This document shows positions 9,341-20,070 of a stretch of DNA of 64,000 nucleotides, one piece after another. Origin of the DNA: an uncultured Chloroflexia bacterium. GTDB lineage: Bacteria > Chloroflexota > Limnocylindria > Limnocylindrales > CSP1-4. The notes under the pieces were generated by a model. It was not told the DNA's origin, made no database searches, and saw only the letters and a list, made by a program, of their open reading frames with translations. Position 1 is the stretch's first letter. Each line of letters starts with the position of its first letter. The translations under genes and the position numbers were made by a program. The stretch spans positions 288,001 through 352,000 of the forward strand of contig CAVXPZ010000003.1 of NCBI GenBank assembly GCA_963763775.1. The letters run 5' to 3'.

Positions 9341-9430
9341 GTGAAGGCTAGGATTGTGCGAGTCCTCGTCGCGCTCTCGAGCGTGGCGATGATCGCACTC
9401 GCAGGTGGAGCTTCCCTGAGGGGCTTCTAG
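9341..9430 (+). CDS. 29-aa signal-peptide-like precursor MKARIVRVLVALSSVAMIALAGGASLRGF
   Basis: GTG start, basic n-region, hydrophobic h-region, LAG-G lipobox-like junction, SLRGF tail; weak RBS AGGGAA. Confidence 0.7.
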   Translation: MKARIVRVLVALSSVAMIALAGGASLRGF

Positions 9431-9506
9431 TACGTTGGTCCCATTACCTCGGAGAGCGGCGAGGGGCTACAGTTCCCGGGTAGTGGACCAGCGAATTAGG
9501 CAGTCT

Positions 9507-10910
9507 ATGCCAAAGTCCCTCAAGCTCTACATCGCTGGAGTCGTGGCTCTGGGCGCCGTTGCGCTCGTGGCTACGACTCTTGTGTTTCTGCCGTACCCGG
9601 AGATCGCGCTCGGATACGATCCCACCGCAGGTCAGCCATCCGATGCCAGCGTCTTCTTGGGGATCGTGTTCTGGACAATCCTGGCGCTGGTGGGTTCAGC
9701 CCTCCCTGTCCAACTCCCACGTGGCTCCCAGCACGCCGTGGCCATCGCGCCAATCATGGCTGCGCTGTTTCTAGGGGGGCCAACCGTTGGGGCTTGGGTG
9801 GCGGCAATCGGCACGACAGAGGTCCGAGAGCTCCGCGGCCGCATCCCGTGGTACGGGACCCTGGCAAATCACGCGGGCCTGGTCATTCCGGCCGTCGCCG
9901 GTGGTTTGATTGTCAATGTAACCCGAGGAGTCGCCGAAGGTCCGGTCGCACAATTCAGCGTGGCGATGGTCGCCGCGACTGTATTCCTGCTGCTGAACCT
10001 CCTGCTCGCTTCGGCGCTCCTCGCTCTCCGCACAGATCAACGCATCATCGAGGTCAGTCGCGGAGACCTTCGAGGCATCGCGGGAAGTTGGGTTGCACTC
10101 GCGCCGCTGGCGTGGCTGATGGCCCTGATCTACGGGGTCCAGTGGTGGGCGACCGCGCTGTTCGCCGTTCCGCTGTACTCGACGCGTCTCGCGTACCAGC
10201 GCTTCGTCGAGATGCGCGACATGTTCACGCAGACCATCGGTGCGCTCGCCGAGGCGGTCGACAAACGCGATCCGAACACCGCGCGCCACAGTCATCGCGT
10301 GAAGGAGATGTCGGTCGACATCGGCCGGGTCCTGCGAGTGTCCGACGCGGAGCTGGAGGCCCTGGAATGGGGCGGCCTGCTCCACGACGTCGGCAAGATC
10401 GGCGTCCCGGACAACGTCCTGCTCAAGCAGGACAAGCTCACGCGAGAAGAGCGGATGATCATGAACGCGCACCCGGTCCTGGGTGCCGAGATCATCGCCC
10501 CGGTCACGAAGCTCGCCCCCGAGCTGCCGATCATCCGGCACCACCACGAGTGGTACAACGGCTCGGGCTACCCGGACCGGCTCATCGGCGACGAGATCCC
10601 GAAGCTCGCCAGGGTCCTGCACGTGGCCGACGCCTTCGAGGCCATGACCGCCTCCCGCCCGTACCGACCGACACCGCTGACCAAGGAGCAGGCCCTCGCC
10701 GAGCTGCGCAAGTTCGCGGGTATCCAGTTCGACCCGGTCGTGGTCGACGCGTTCGTCCGAACGCCCTGGGTCGATGGCGTCCCCGATGCGGGCCGCACCC
10801 CGGAGCCCCGGCCGATCCCGCTCATCGCCCAGCACGCCGAGCAACTCACCAAGGCCGTCCGCGCCGACGACGCCACCGTCGTCGCCAACGCCACGGTCGA
10901 GCAGGTCTGA
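9507..10910 (+). CDS. Membrane-sensor HD-GYP phosphodiesterase (start 9483 or 9507)
   Basis: About 7 TM segments, then LLHDVGKIG, HHEWYNGSGYP, VADAFEAMT..RPYR. Confidence 0.92.
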   Translation: MPKSLKLYIAGVVALGAVALVATTLVFLPYPEIALGYDPTAGQPSDASVFLGIVFWTILALVGSALPVQLPRGSQHAVAIAPIMAALFLGGPTVGAWVAAIGTTEVRELRGRIPWYGTLANHAGLVIPAVAGGLIVNVTRGVAEGPVAQFSVAMVAATVFLLLNLLLASALLALRTDQRIIEVSRGDLRGIAGSWVALAPLAWLMALIYGVQWWATALFAVPLYSTRLAYQRFVEMRDMFTQTIGALAEAVDKRDPNTARHSHRVKEMSVDIGRVLRVSDAELEALEWGGLLHDVGKIGVPDNVLLKQDKLTREERMIMNAHPVLGAEIIAPVTKLAPELPIIRHHHEWYNGSGYPDRLIGDEIPKLARVLHVADAFEAMTASRPYRPTPLTKEQALAELRKFAGIQFDPVVVDAFVRTPWVDGVPDAGRTPEPRPIPLIAQHAEQLTKAVRADDATVVANATVEQV

Positions 10911-10988
10911 CCCCACCGACGCCGCCCACGCCGCGCCATCGGCACCGCATGATGCCGCTGTGCACGACGGATCGATGAGCGCCCTCCC

Positions 10989-12933
10989 GTGATCCTCGCC
11001 GGCATCGCCATCGGGCTCATCCTCGGGCTCCTGGCCGGTGGCCGCATCACGAACCTCGGCTCCGTCAGCCTCCGCTGGGTCCCGCTGCTGGTCGTCGCCC
11101 TGATCCTCCGGTTCGGGACGGAATTCCTCCTCGCGGACGGCAACGCCATCGCCGATGCGCTTCGCGTGCCGCTCCTCGCGACATCGTTCGCGCTCCTCCT
11201 GGCGGGGATCTGGGCCAACCGCACCTACCCGGGCATGACGCTCGCATTCGTCGGGACGCTGTCGAACGGGCTCGTGATCCTCGTCAACGGCGGCTACATG
11301 CCGATCTGGGAACCGAGCCTGGTGGCGGCCGGCTTCACGACCGCGGACGTCTCGACGACGATCCACACGATCCTGCCGGCCACCCTCGATGCGAGCTTCC
11401 TGCTCCATCTCGGCCCGCTCGCCGATGTCATCCCGATCCCCATACCGCCGATCCAGAACGTGGCCTCGGTCGGCGATGTCTTCCTGATGTTCGGCCTGGC
11501 GTTCTTCCTCTTCGCCAGCGTGGTCCGCGTCCCCGAGGCGGTCTCGGGCAGCGCAGGGACGGGTCTGTCGCCCGCGATGTCCGGGGTCGCGTCACTCGAC
11601 CGGCCGGTGGTGCTGGGCGGCCAGGCCGGACGCCTCGCGTCGCCGTCGCGGATCGCGATCCCCGTCACGCCAACCCGTCGTCGGCGAACGTATCCGACAC
11701 CACCCGTATGTCCGCCTCGCGCTCAACGGCTCGTTCTCGGCGCTGTGGGCCGGGCAGTTCATCTCGATCCTGGGCGACCGCATCAACACGGTCGCGCTGG
11801 CCGCCATCGTCTATGGCACCACGGAGTCGCTCACGGCCGGCGCCTTCGCGTTCGTCGTGGCGACGCTCCCGAACCTCTTCCTCTCGCCGTTCGCGGGAAC
11901 GCTCGTCGACCGCTGGGACCGCAAGGAGGTCCTGGTCGTCAGCGACATCCTGCGGGCAGCCCTCGTGCTGCTCATCCCGCTGGCGGTCATCGTCAATCTG
12001 CTCTTCGCCTACGTCCTGATCTTCCTCGTGACCGCGGTGTCGATCTTCTTCCGGCCGGCGCGGGTGGCGATCCTCCCGCAGCTCGTCGACGACGGCGACC
12101 TCGTCACGGCGAACTCGGCGATGTGGATCGGCGAGACCTCCGCGGACATCATCGGGTACTCCATCGCTGGCCTCCTCGTGTGGGGACTCGGGACGGCGCT
12201 CCCCCTCGCGTTCTGGCTCGATGCCGTGACGTACCTCGCGTCCGCCATCCTGCTGGCGACGCTCATCGTGCGGCCGATCCCACCCGAGGAGGCCGAGCGG
12301 GCGGCCATCGAGCGCGACACGCTCGGGTTCTTCGGACAGATGCGCGAGGGCCTCCGATTCCTCCGCCGCGAGCCGACGCTCCTCGCGAACACGATCCAGG
12401 CGTCGGTGGCGCAGTGCACGGTCGGGGCGCTGCTCGCGCTGATGTACGCCTACGCGCTCCAGGTCTACGCCAGCTCGGCGATCGACTGGAAGGCGGCGTA
12501 CGGCTTCCTCGAGACGAGCGTCGGGGCCGGCAACCTGCTCGGCGGTTTCGTCATCGGGCTCGTCGGCGCGCGACTCGCCAAGGGACGCTCGATCATCGGC
12601 GGGTACGTCGTGTTCGGGGTCTTCACGATCCTGATGGCGCTCTCGAACCAGCTCCCGATCGCCCTCGCGTTCGGGTTCGGCGCCGGGGTCGCGAACATGG
12701 CGTTCGTGATCCCGAGCCAGACCCTGTTCCAGGAGCGGACGCCGGCCGGGCTGATGGGACGGGTGGTCAGCTTCCGATTCGCCCTGGTGTTCGGGGCGAT
12801 GACGGTCGCCGCCGCCATGGCCGCGTTGTTGCTGCTCGTCCTGAGCGCCACGACCGTCCTCGTGATGTTCTCGGTCGTGACGATCGGGGCGGGGCTGGCG
12901 GGATGGCTCGTGCCGGCCCTTCGTGACGCGTGA
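10989..12933 (+). CDS. DUF5317-MFS transporter fusion (frameshift near 11670)
   Basis: N-part: GGRITNL..LRW, SNGLVILVNGGYMP, LADVIP..SVGDVF; C-part: LWAGQFISILGD, GTLVDRWDRK MFS motif A; MFS frame has no start codon between stop 11485 and 11857. Confidence 0.8.
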
Positions 12934-13032
12934 CCATGACGGGTCGGGCGTCGGCCCGTGCCCTTGGGTACACTGGCGCCCGCGTGCCGACGGCCGCCGA
13001 CGACGGCCGGGCATCTGGAGTGACACGACCGC

Positions 13033-13787
<755 letters not shown>

Positions 13788-13828
13788 TCGAGGCCGCGAG
13801 CACCGGAGCGCGGCGTATCCTCGGTGGC

Positions 13829-14500
13829 ATGCGGGGCCACGCGGCCGACCCGGACCAGGCGACCGCCGAGGCACGCGCTCGGATGGTCCGCGACCAGCTT
13901 CGCTCCCGCGGGATCAAGGACGAGCGGGTCCTCGGCGCGATGGCCACCGTCCCTCGCGACCGGTTCGTGGCCGCGAGTGAGCGTCGCGACGCCTATGCCG
14001 ACGAGGCGCTGCCGATCGACGCCGGACAGACGATCAGCCAGCCCTATATGGTCGCGGCGATGACCGAGCTCCTGGCCGTCCGCACAGGCGATCGCATCCT
14101 CGAGATCGGCACCGGTTCCGGGTACCAGGCGGCGATCCTGGCGACGCTCGGTTGCCGCGTCACCTCGATCGAGCGTCACGAGACGCTGGCCACGGCGGCG
14201 CGGGAGCGACTCACCGCCCTCGGGTTCGATGACGTCGTGGACGTGCGGGTCGGCGACGGCAGCGTCGGGTCACCCGCCGAGGCGCCCTGGGACGGGATCA
14301 TCGTCACGGCTGCCGCCCCGGCGGTCCCCCACCCGCTTCGCGAGCAGCTCGCGGACGGTGCCCGCCTCGTGGTCCCGGTCGGACCGCGCGACCGGCAGAT
14401 CCTCACGGTCGTCGAACGCCACGGCAACGACTGGACCGAGCGACCGGCCGGTGCCTGCGTCTTCGTCCCGCTGGTCGGCGTCGAGGGCTACCGTGACTGA
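13829..14500 (+). CDS. pcm: Protein-L-isoaspartate O-methyltransferase
   Basis: GQTISQPYMVA, ILEIGTGSGYQAA, FVPLVG. Confidence 0.96.
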   Translation: MRGHAADPDQATAEARARMVRDQLRSRGIKDERVLGAMATVPRDRFVAASERRDAYADEALPIDAGQTISQPYMVAAMTELLAVRTGDRILEIGTGSGYQAAILATLGCRVTSIERHETLATAARERLTALGFDDVVDVRVGDGSVGSPAEAPWDGIIVTAAAPAVPHPLREQLADGARLVVPVGPRDRQILTVVERHGNDWTERPAGACVFVPLVGVEGYRD

Positions 14501-14548
14501 CTCGTCGGGCCGCGGGACGACGCTACCGGTCGGTATACTCGGCCGGCC

Positions 14549-15622
14549 ATGACCCATGTCTTCGTCGCGCCTCATCCCGACGACGTCGCCCTCTCCTGCG
14601 GCGGCCTGATCGCGAGCCTCCGCGAGCTCGGGCAGAACGTCACGATCATCACGGTCTTCTCGGGCGACGGCGCGTCCGGCGGGCTGACGGACTACCAGCG
14701 CGAGGCGCTCGGGTTCGGCTCGAAGGCGATGTGGCCAGCGTCCGAGGCGTTCAACCGGAGCAGCATCCTGGCCGATTGGCCGACGGCCTCGCTCGTGCCG
14801 TCCTGGGCCGCGACGGAGGACCGTCTGGAGGCTACGCAGGCGGACGCAGACGCCGCCGCGAAGCGGTTCTGGCAGCGATCCTCCTGGTACCGCCGGGCGA
14901 GCGTGCGCAACGAGTCCCTCGCCGACCAGATGGTCATCGACGACCTCTCGACGCAAGGCGCCGTCTACACCGACGAGGTCATGGTGGCCGCCGCTGCCGG
15001 CGAGCTGATGGCCCGCCGCCGGATCGAGGACGAGCGGTTCGCCTACTTCGCCGAAGCCTCGATCGTGTTCCTCGACCTCCCCGACGCGGTCTTTCGCGGT
15101 TACGAGGGCGACGAGCAGCTCCTTGGCGCACCGCGCGAGGACGACGTCGCCCCGTTCGAGATCCTCCGACGCGAGATCGCCCGTCTCGAGCCCCAGAAGG
15201 TGTACCTGCCGCTCGGCGTCGGCGGCCACGTCGACCACCAGCTCTGTCGCGACGTCGGGATCCAGCTGCTCCAGGAGAGCCGCAAGTGGGTGATGCCGGG
15301 GCCCGAGTACGCGGGCACCGTGGCGTTCTATGAGGACTTCCCGTACGCCTGGTGGACCGAATTCTCGCGCCCCGAAGACCTCGGACCGGGCGTGTTCGCC
15401 GGGCTCCCCGAGGATGTCTCCATCTCGCCGACCTTCGCCGACATCACCGACCAGCTCGAGCGCAAGATCATGGGCATCGACATCTACCAAAGCCAGCTCG
15501 AGCGGCTGTTCGACGGCACCCGAGCCATGGCCGACACCGTCCGGGCCTACGGCCGGGCCATCGCGGAGCTCGGCGACGTCGACGGGTCCGCCGAGCGGTA
15601 TTGGGTCTCCGGACGCGTCTGA
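14549..15622 (+). CDS. PIG-L family deacetylase
   Basis: APHPDDVALSCGG, R..ED, GGHVDH, FYEDFPY, YQSQ. Confidence 0.9.
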   Translation: MTHVFVAPHPDDVALSCGGLIASLRELGQNVTIITVFSGDGASGGLTDYQREALGFGSKAMWPASEAFNRSSILADWPTASLVPSWAATEDRLEATQADADAAAKRFWQRSSWYRRASVRNESLADQMVIDDLSTQGAVYTDEVMVAAAAGELMARRRIEDERFAYFAEASIVFLDLPDAVFRGYEGDEQLLGAPREDDVAPFEILRREIARLEPQKVYLPLGVGGHVDHQLCRDVGIQLLQESRKWVMPGPEYAGTVAFYEDFPYAWWTEFSRPEDLGPGVFAGLPEDVSISPTFADITDQLERKIMGIDIYQSQLERLFDGTRAMADTVRAYGRAIAELGDVDGSAERYWVSGRV

Positions 15623-15626
15623 TCCG

Positions 15627-16937
15627 GTGACGCCGGCGGCGCCCAGGGCGACGGGCTGGACCCCTCCGCTGCTGGTGGCTCTCGGTGCGGTCTTCCTCCT
15701 CGGGATCGTCGTCCGGGTCGTCCTGTGGCCCGCACAGGGCCTGCGGGGCGACATCGACCAATTCGTCGTCTGGGTCCACGGGATCGCCCTCCACGGGCTG
15801 ACCAACGCGTACGACCAGAACCTGACCTTCGGTCCCGTGATGTCCTACATCTGGGGGACGCTCGCCGCGATCGAGCCGGCCTTCCGGACCGCGACCGACG
15901 CCTCGGACCAGACGATCCGGGTCCTGATGAAGGTGCCGGCGTCGCTCGCGGACCTGGGCCTCGCCGCCCTGGCCGTCTACGCCCTCCGCCAGCGGCCGGG
16001 TTGGGCCGTGGTCGCCGCGGTCGCGATCCTGCTGCACCCGGCCGTCTTCTACGTCAGCGCCTGGTGGGGCCAGTACGAGTCCATCTACCTGCTGACGGCC
16101 CTGGCGGCCGTCCTGGCGGCCACCCGGGGCCACAACGGGTGGGCGGCAGCGTTCCTCGCGGCGTCGCTGATGACCAAGCCCCAGGCGATCCCGTTCGTGA
16201 TCCCGTTCATCGCCTGGTTCTGGGCCACCGGCTACCGGCGTGATGACGGCCGAGGCGGCGTCCGCGGTGGCCTGCTGGAACTGGTCCGCGCCGGTCTCGT
16301 CGGCCTCCTCGTCGTCGCCGTCCTGTGGCTGCCGTTCCTCCCCGCTGGCGGGCCGCTGCACTACCTCGACAACCTGCGCCAGTACCAGGGCGACATCTTC
16401 AACTACCTCTCGCTTCGTGCCTGGAACCTCTGGTGGCTCGTGCAGACGCTGTTCGCGGACGGCGGCTTCGTCCGGGACGATGTCGCGCTCGGCGGGCCGG
16501 TGACCCTGCGGTCCATCGGGCTGCTGCTGACCGCCGTCCTGGAGATCGTCGTGGCCGGCGCGGTCATCCGCGATCCGCGGCCGCGCACGCTGATCCTGGC
16601 GCTCGCCGCCTCCACGCTCGTGGTGTTCACCTTCCTCACGACCATGCACGAGCGGTACGCCTACGGCGCGCTGATCTTCCTCGTGCTGCTCGTGCCCGAC
16701 GCCGGGCCTCGCTGGCTGTGGCTCGCGTTCGGGGCCGTGTTCACGCTGAACCTCGTGGCGGCCGCGCCGCCGACGCCGGAGATCGGCTCGGTGGTCACGA
16801 GTGGAGGCCTGCTCGGCCTCGTGGGCTCGATCGCCATGGTGGCGATCACGCTGACCGCCGTCCTGTGGCTCGATCGAGGCGCAGGACCATCGGGCGATAG
16901 GAAGCCGGAGGGGGCCCCGATAGCCTCGCCCGCGTGA
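15627..16937 (+). CDS. GT-C fold membrane glycosyltransferase (mannosyltransferase-like)
   Basis: Multi-TM; SAWWGQYES, TKPQ, TTMHERY motifs; GTG at 15627. Confidence 0.75.
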   Translation: MTPAAPRATGWTPPLLVALGAVFLLGIVVRVVLWPAQGLRGDIDQFVVWVHGIALHGLTNAYDQNLTFGPVMSYIWGTLAAIEPAFRTATDASDQTIRVLMKVPASLADLGLAALAVYALRQRPGWAVVAAVAILLHPAVFYVSAWWGQYESIYLLTALAAVLAATRGHNGWAAAFLAASLMTKPQAIPFVIPFIAWFWATGYRRDDGRGGVRGGLLELVRAGLVGLLVVAVLWLPFLPAGGPLHYLDNLRQYQGDIFNYLSLRAWNLWWLVQTLFADGGFVRDDVALGGPVTLRSIGLLLTAVLEIVVAGAVIRDPRPRTLILALAASTLVVFTFLTTMHERYAYGALIFLVLLVPDAGPRWLWLAFGAVFTLNLVAAAPPTPEIGSVVTSGGLLGLVGSIAMVAITLTAVLWLDRGAGPSGDRKPEGAPIASPA

Positions 16938-18313
16938 TCTCGACCACGCGACGACGCCCCGACGCTGCCGACCTCATCGCGCTGACGACCATCGTCGTCG
17001 GCTTCGTCGTGCTGCTCGCGCTGGGCCGCGGCCTGACGTTCTTCGCCGACGAGTGGGCCGTGATCGGCGACCGCCCGATCGGCATCGACACCTTCTTCCG
17101 CCCGTTCAACGAGCACTGGCTCGGCGTCATGACGCTGGTCCACCGGGCGATGGTGGAGACCATCGGCCTCGGCACGTACATGCCGTACCTGGCGGTCCTC
17201 GCGGCGCTCCACGCCGTGGTCGTCGCCGAGGTCTACGTCATCGCGCGACGCGGCACGTGGCCGCTGCTGGCGGCCGGCATCGCCGTCATCGTGGCGTTCT
17301 TCGGGAGCGGCTTCGAGAACCTGTTCTGGGCGATGCAGATCGGCTTCGTCGGGTCGGTCGCCATGGGCTTCGGCTCGCTGCTGCTGCTCGACGGCCGGCC
17401 GACGCGCGGCCGGGTCGCTGGAGCCGTGGCCCTCTCGACGCTGAGCATCGCGACGTCGGGGTTCGGGCTGTTCATGCTGGCGCTCGTCGGGCTGGACCTC
17501 CTCTGCGACCCACGGCGACGGCGCCTCGCCCTCGCGATGGTGGTGCCCGCCGGCGTGTATGCCGGCTGGTACCTCGCCTTCGGGCGTGCCGGGTTGGCGA
17601 CGTACGGCGACCCGTTCACGCTCGGTCGGCTGGTCGCGATCCCGCTCTTCACGCTCGACGGCACGGCCGAGGCGTTCAGCTCCGCGACAGGGTCCGGCCG
17701 CGAGCTCGGTCGGGTCATCGTCCTGGCGCTCGCCGGCTGGCTCGCGTTCCGCGCCATCCGACGACAGCCGATCCCGCCGCGAGCCCTCGCCTTCTTCGGG
17801 GCGATCGTCGTCGAGTACGGACTGCTGTCGCTGGTCCGGGCCCAGCTCGATGTCGACGCGACCTACTACAGCCGCTACTCGTACCTCTCCGGGATCTTCG
17901 CGCTGCTGGGCATCGCCGAGCTCATCGGCCGCCGACCCGTCCCGGCGGACCCGCGCGTCCGGTTCGTGGCCGTAGCGGCCGTCGCCTCGGTCTTCGTGCT
18001 CTCGCTCACGCTGAACGTCAGCCTGCTCCTCGGCGGCCGGGAGCTGTTCGCGCAGCGAGCCGAGATGACGCGGGCCCTCGTCCAACTCGGGACGACGATG
18101 CCGCTCCCCCCTGGGGTGAACCCGGACCTCAGCCTGGTCCTCGTGCCATCGCCGGTGCGACTCGACCGGATCGTCGCGCAGTACGGCTCGCCGCTGCACG
18201 ACAGCCTGGCCGGCGACGTCGTCCCGGCGATCCCCGCCATCGTCCAGGCAGATGCCCTCGACCGCGCGACGCACCCGCCGGCGTGGCTCCTCGCGGCGCC
18301 GGACAGCTTCTAG
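16934..18313 (+). CDS. Multi-TM protein, probable GT-C glycosyltransferase
   Basis: FFADEW after TM1, NEH, ENLFW, SRYSY. Confidence 0.65.
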   Translation: MISTTRRRPDAADLIALTTIVVGFVVLLALGRGLTFFADEWAVIGDRPIGIDTFFRPFNEHWLGVMTLVHRAMVETIGLGTYMPYLAVLAALHAVVVAEVYVIARRGTWPLLAAGIAVIVAFFGSGFENLFWAMQIGFVGSVAMGFGSLLLLDGRPTRGRVAGAVALSTLSIATSGFGLFMLALVGLDLLCDPRRRRLALAMVVPAGVYAGWYLAFGRAGLATYGDPFTLGRLVAIPLFTLDGTAEAFSSATGSGRELGRVIVLALAGWLAFRAIRRQPIPPRALAFFGAIVVEYGLLSLVRAQLDVDATYYSRYSYLSGIFALLGIAELIGRRPVPADPRVRFVAVAAVASVFVLSLTLNVSLLLGGRELFAQRAEMTRALVQLGTTMPLPPGVNPDLSLVLVPSPVRLDRIVAQYGSPLHDSLAGDVVPAIPAIVQADALDRATHPPAWLLAAPDSF

Positions 18314-19050
18314 GCGACCGGCCCCTGTTCGGTCCCGCGACGTCGGGAGAAGCGACCGCGAAAGGCCGCCCAGTACCAGTGCAGGTAGTGCGGCAGCCAC
18401 TTGCGCAGTTTGAAGTTGCTCTGACCCGAGGTCCGATCACGCCACGTCGTCGGGACTTCGGCGACCTGCCGACCAGCGAGGGTGGCCTTCACCGTCAGCT
18501 CCAGCGCCAGCTCGAACCCGGCGGTGCTCTCGATCGTCACCGATTCGAGGAAGCGGCGCGAGTAGAGCTTGAAGTTGTTGGTCGGGTCGTGCGTCGGGAC
18601 GCCCGCGAACCAGTGCAACGTCAGGCCGGCCACACGGCTCATGAGGCGCTTGAGCGGCGGGCCGCCGACCTGGTGGCCACCTCGCATGTACCTCGAGGCG
18701 GCCACGACGTCGGCCCCGGCCTCGGCAAGGGCGACCATCGAGTCGACGACTTCCGGCTCGTCGGAGCCATCGGACATGCTGATCAGCACGTAGTCGCCGG
18801 ACGAGGCATCGATCCCGGCCTTCATGGCGTTGAGGACGCCACGGCCCAGGTCGTTGCGAAGCCCACGGATCGTCGGGAACGCCGCGGCCAGCCGCGCGAT
18901 CACGGGAACGGTCGGATCCGCATCGAAGTCGTACACGACGAGGATCTCGTGCGGACGCGACACGCTGGTCGTCATCGCCCGGAGGACGGGCTCGACGGCC
19001 TCGCCCTCCTTGAACACGGGCATGACGATCGAGAGCGTCGGCCCGCTCAT
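18310..19050 (-). CDS. GT2 polyprenol-phosphate glycosyltransferase (DPM1-like)
   Basis: SIVMPVFKEG, ASRYMRGG, EVPTTWRDRTSGQS. Confidence 0.88.
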   Translation of the reverse strand: MSGPTLSIVMPVFKEGEAVEPVLRAMTTSVSRPHEILVVYDFDADPTVPVIARLAAAFPTIRGLRNDLGRGVLNAMKAGIDASSGDYVLISMSDGSDEPEVVDSMVALAEAGADVVAASRYMRGGHQVGGPPLKRLMSRVAGLTLHWFAGVPTHDPTNNFKLYSRRFLESVTIESTAGFELALELTVKATLAGRQVAEVPTTWRDRTSGQSNFKLRKWLPHYLHWYWAAFRGRFSRRRGTEQGPVA

Positions 19051-20070
19051 AGCCGCCCGGCCTCGGACTCGGCGGCGATCCACGGGATGACCTCGTCGAG
19101 CATCGCGTCGAGCGTGGTCGACGCCTGGAACCCGAGGACCTCGCTTGCCTTGCGGACATCGGGCACGCGCAGTTGCACGTCGTGCTCGAAGGGCGGATCG
19201 CTGACGAACCGGAACGGCCGTCCATCGGTGTGGACCTTCTGCCAGATGGTCTCGGCGAGCTCAAGGACCGTGGTCGAGGTGGCGGTCGAGAGGTTGTAGT
19301 CGTCGTTGACGGCCGCGGGCGACTCCATCGCGAGCCGGATGCCGTGCGCGAGGTCGCCGCCGTACGTGTAGTGACGGACCTGGGTGCCCTCACCGAGGAT
19401 GTGCAGCGGGTCCTGCCCCTTCTGCACCTTGAGAACCAGGTCCGGCACGACGTGCGAGAGGGCCAGCTTGACGTTGCCCGACATCACGTCGTGGTCGCGG
19501 ACGGCGCGGCGCTCGCCGATGCCGACGCAGTTGAACGGCCGGACGATCGTGTACGGCAGACCGTACTGCTCGAGCGCGCCCTTGGCGAAGTACTCCGAGG
19601 CGAGCTTCTGGAAGCCGTAGGTGGAGATCGGCGGCGGCGACGTCGAGCTGCGCGCCTTCCGGCGTGGGGAACACGGTCGACGACTCGTACACCATCGAGG
19701 AGGAGACCACGATGATCCGCTCGAGATGTCCGTCGCGATGCGCGTCGATCGCTGCGTCGAACGTCGAGGCGAGGATCCGCTCGTTCTCGGCGATCAGGTC
19801 GTAGGCGAACTCGTGGAAGTAGCTGATGCCGCCGATCATCGCGGCGGCGGCGACCACCTGGTCGCAGTCCGCAGCGAGCTCGCGCATCAGGCCCGCGTCC
19901 TTCGCGTCGCCCTGGACGAAGCGATAGCGCGGATGCCCGTCGTAGCTCTTGACCAGGGGCCCGTACTTGCTGAAGTCGTCGAGCCCGATGACGTCGTGGC
20001 CGGCCTCGAGCAGCTCCGGGATCAGGTAGCCGTTGATGAAGCCGGCGGCGCCGGTGACGAGGATGCGCAC
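19047..20070 (-). CDS. NAD-dependent nucleotide-sugar epimerase/decarboxylase (frameshift near 19640)
   Basis: ILVTGAAGFI, SSSMVYE, YGFQK, RPFNCVG. Confidence 0.85.

Noticed and set aside
9275-9430. Classical RiPP cluster (lanthipeptide, lasso, radical SAM)
   Set aside because: No modifying enzymes nearby; neighbours are signalling and transport proteins.
6670-10110. Low-GC block as a prophage or IS
   Set aside because: No integrase, transposase or terminal repeats; both boundaries fall inside intact genes.
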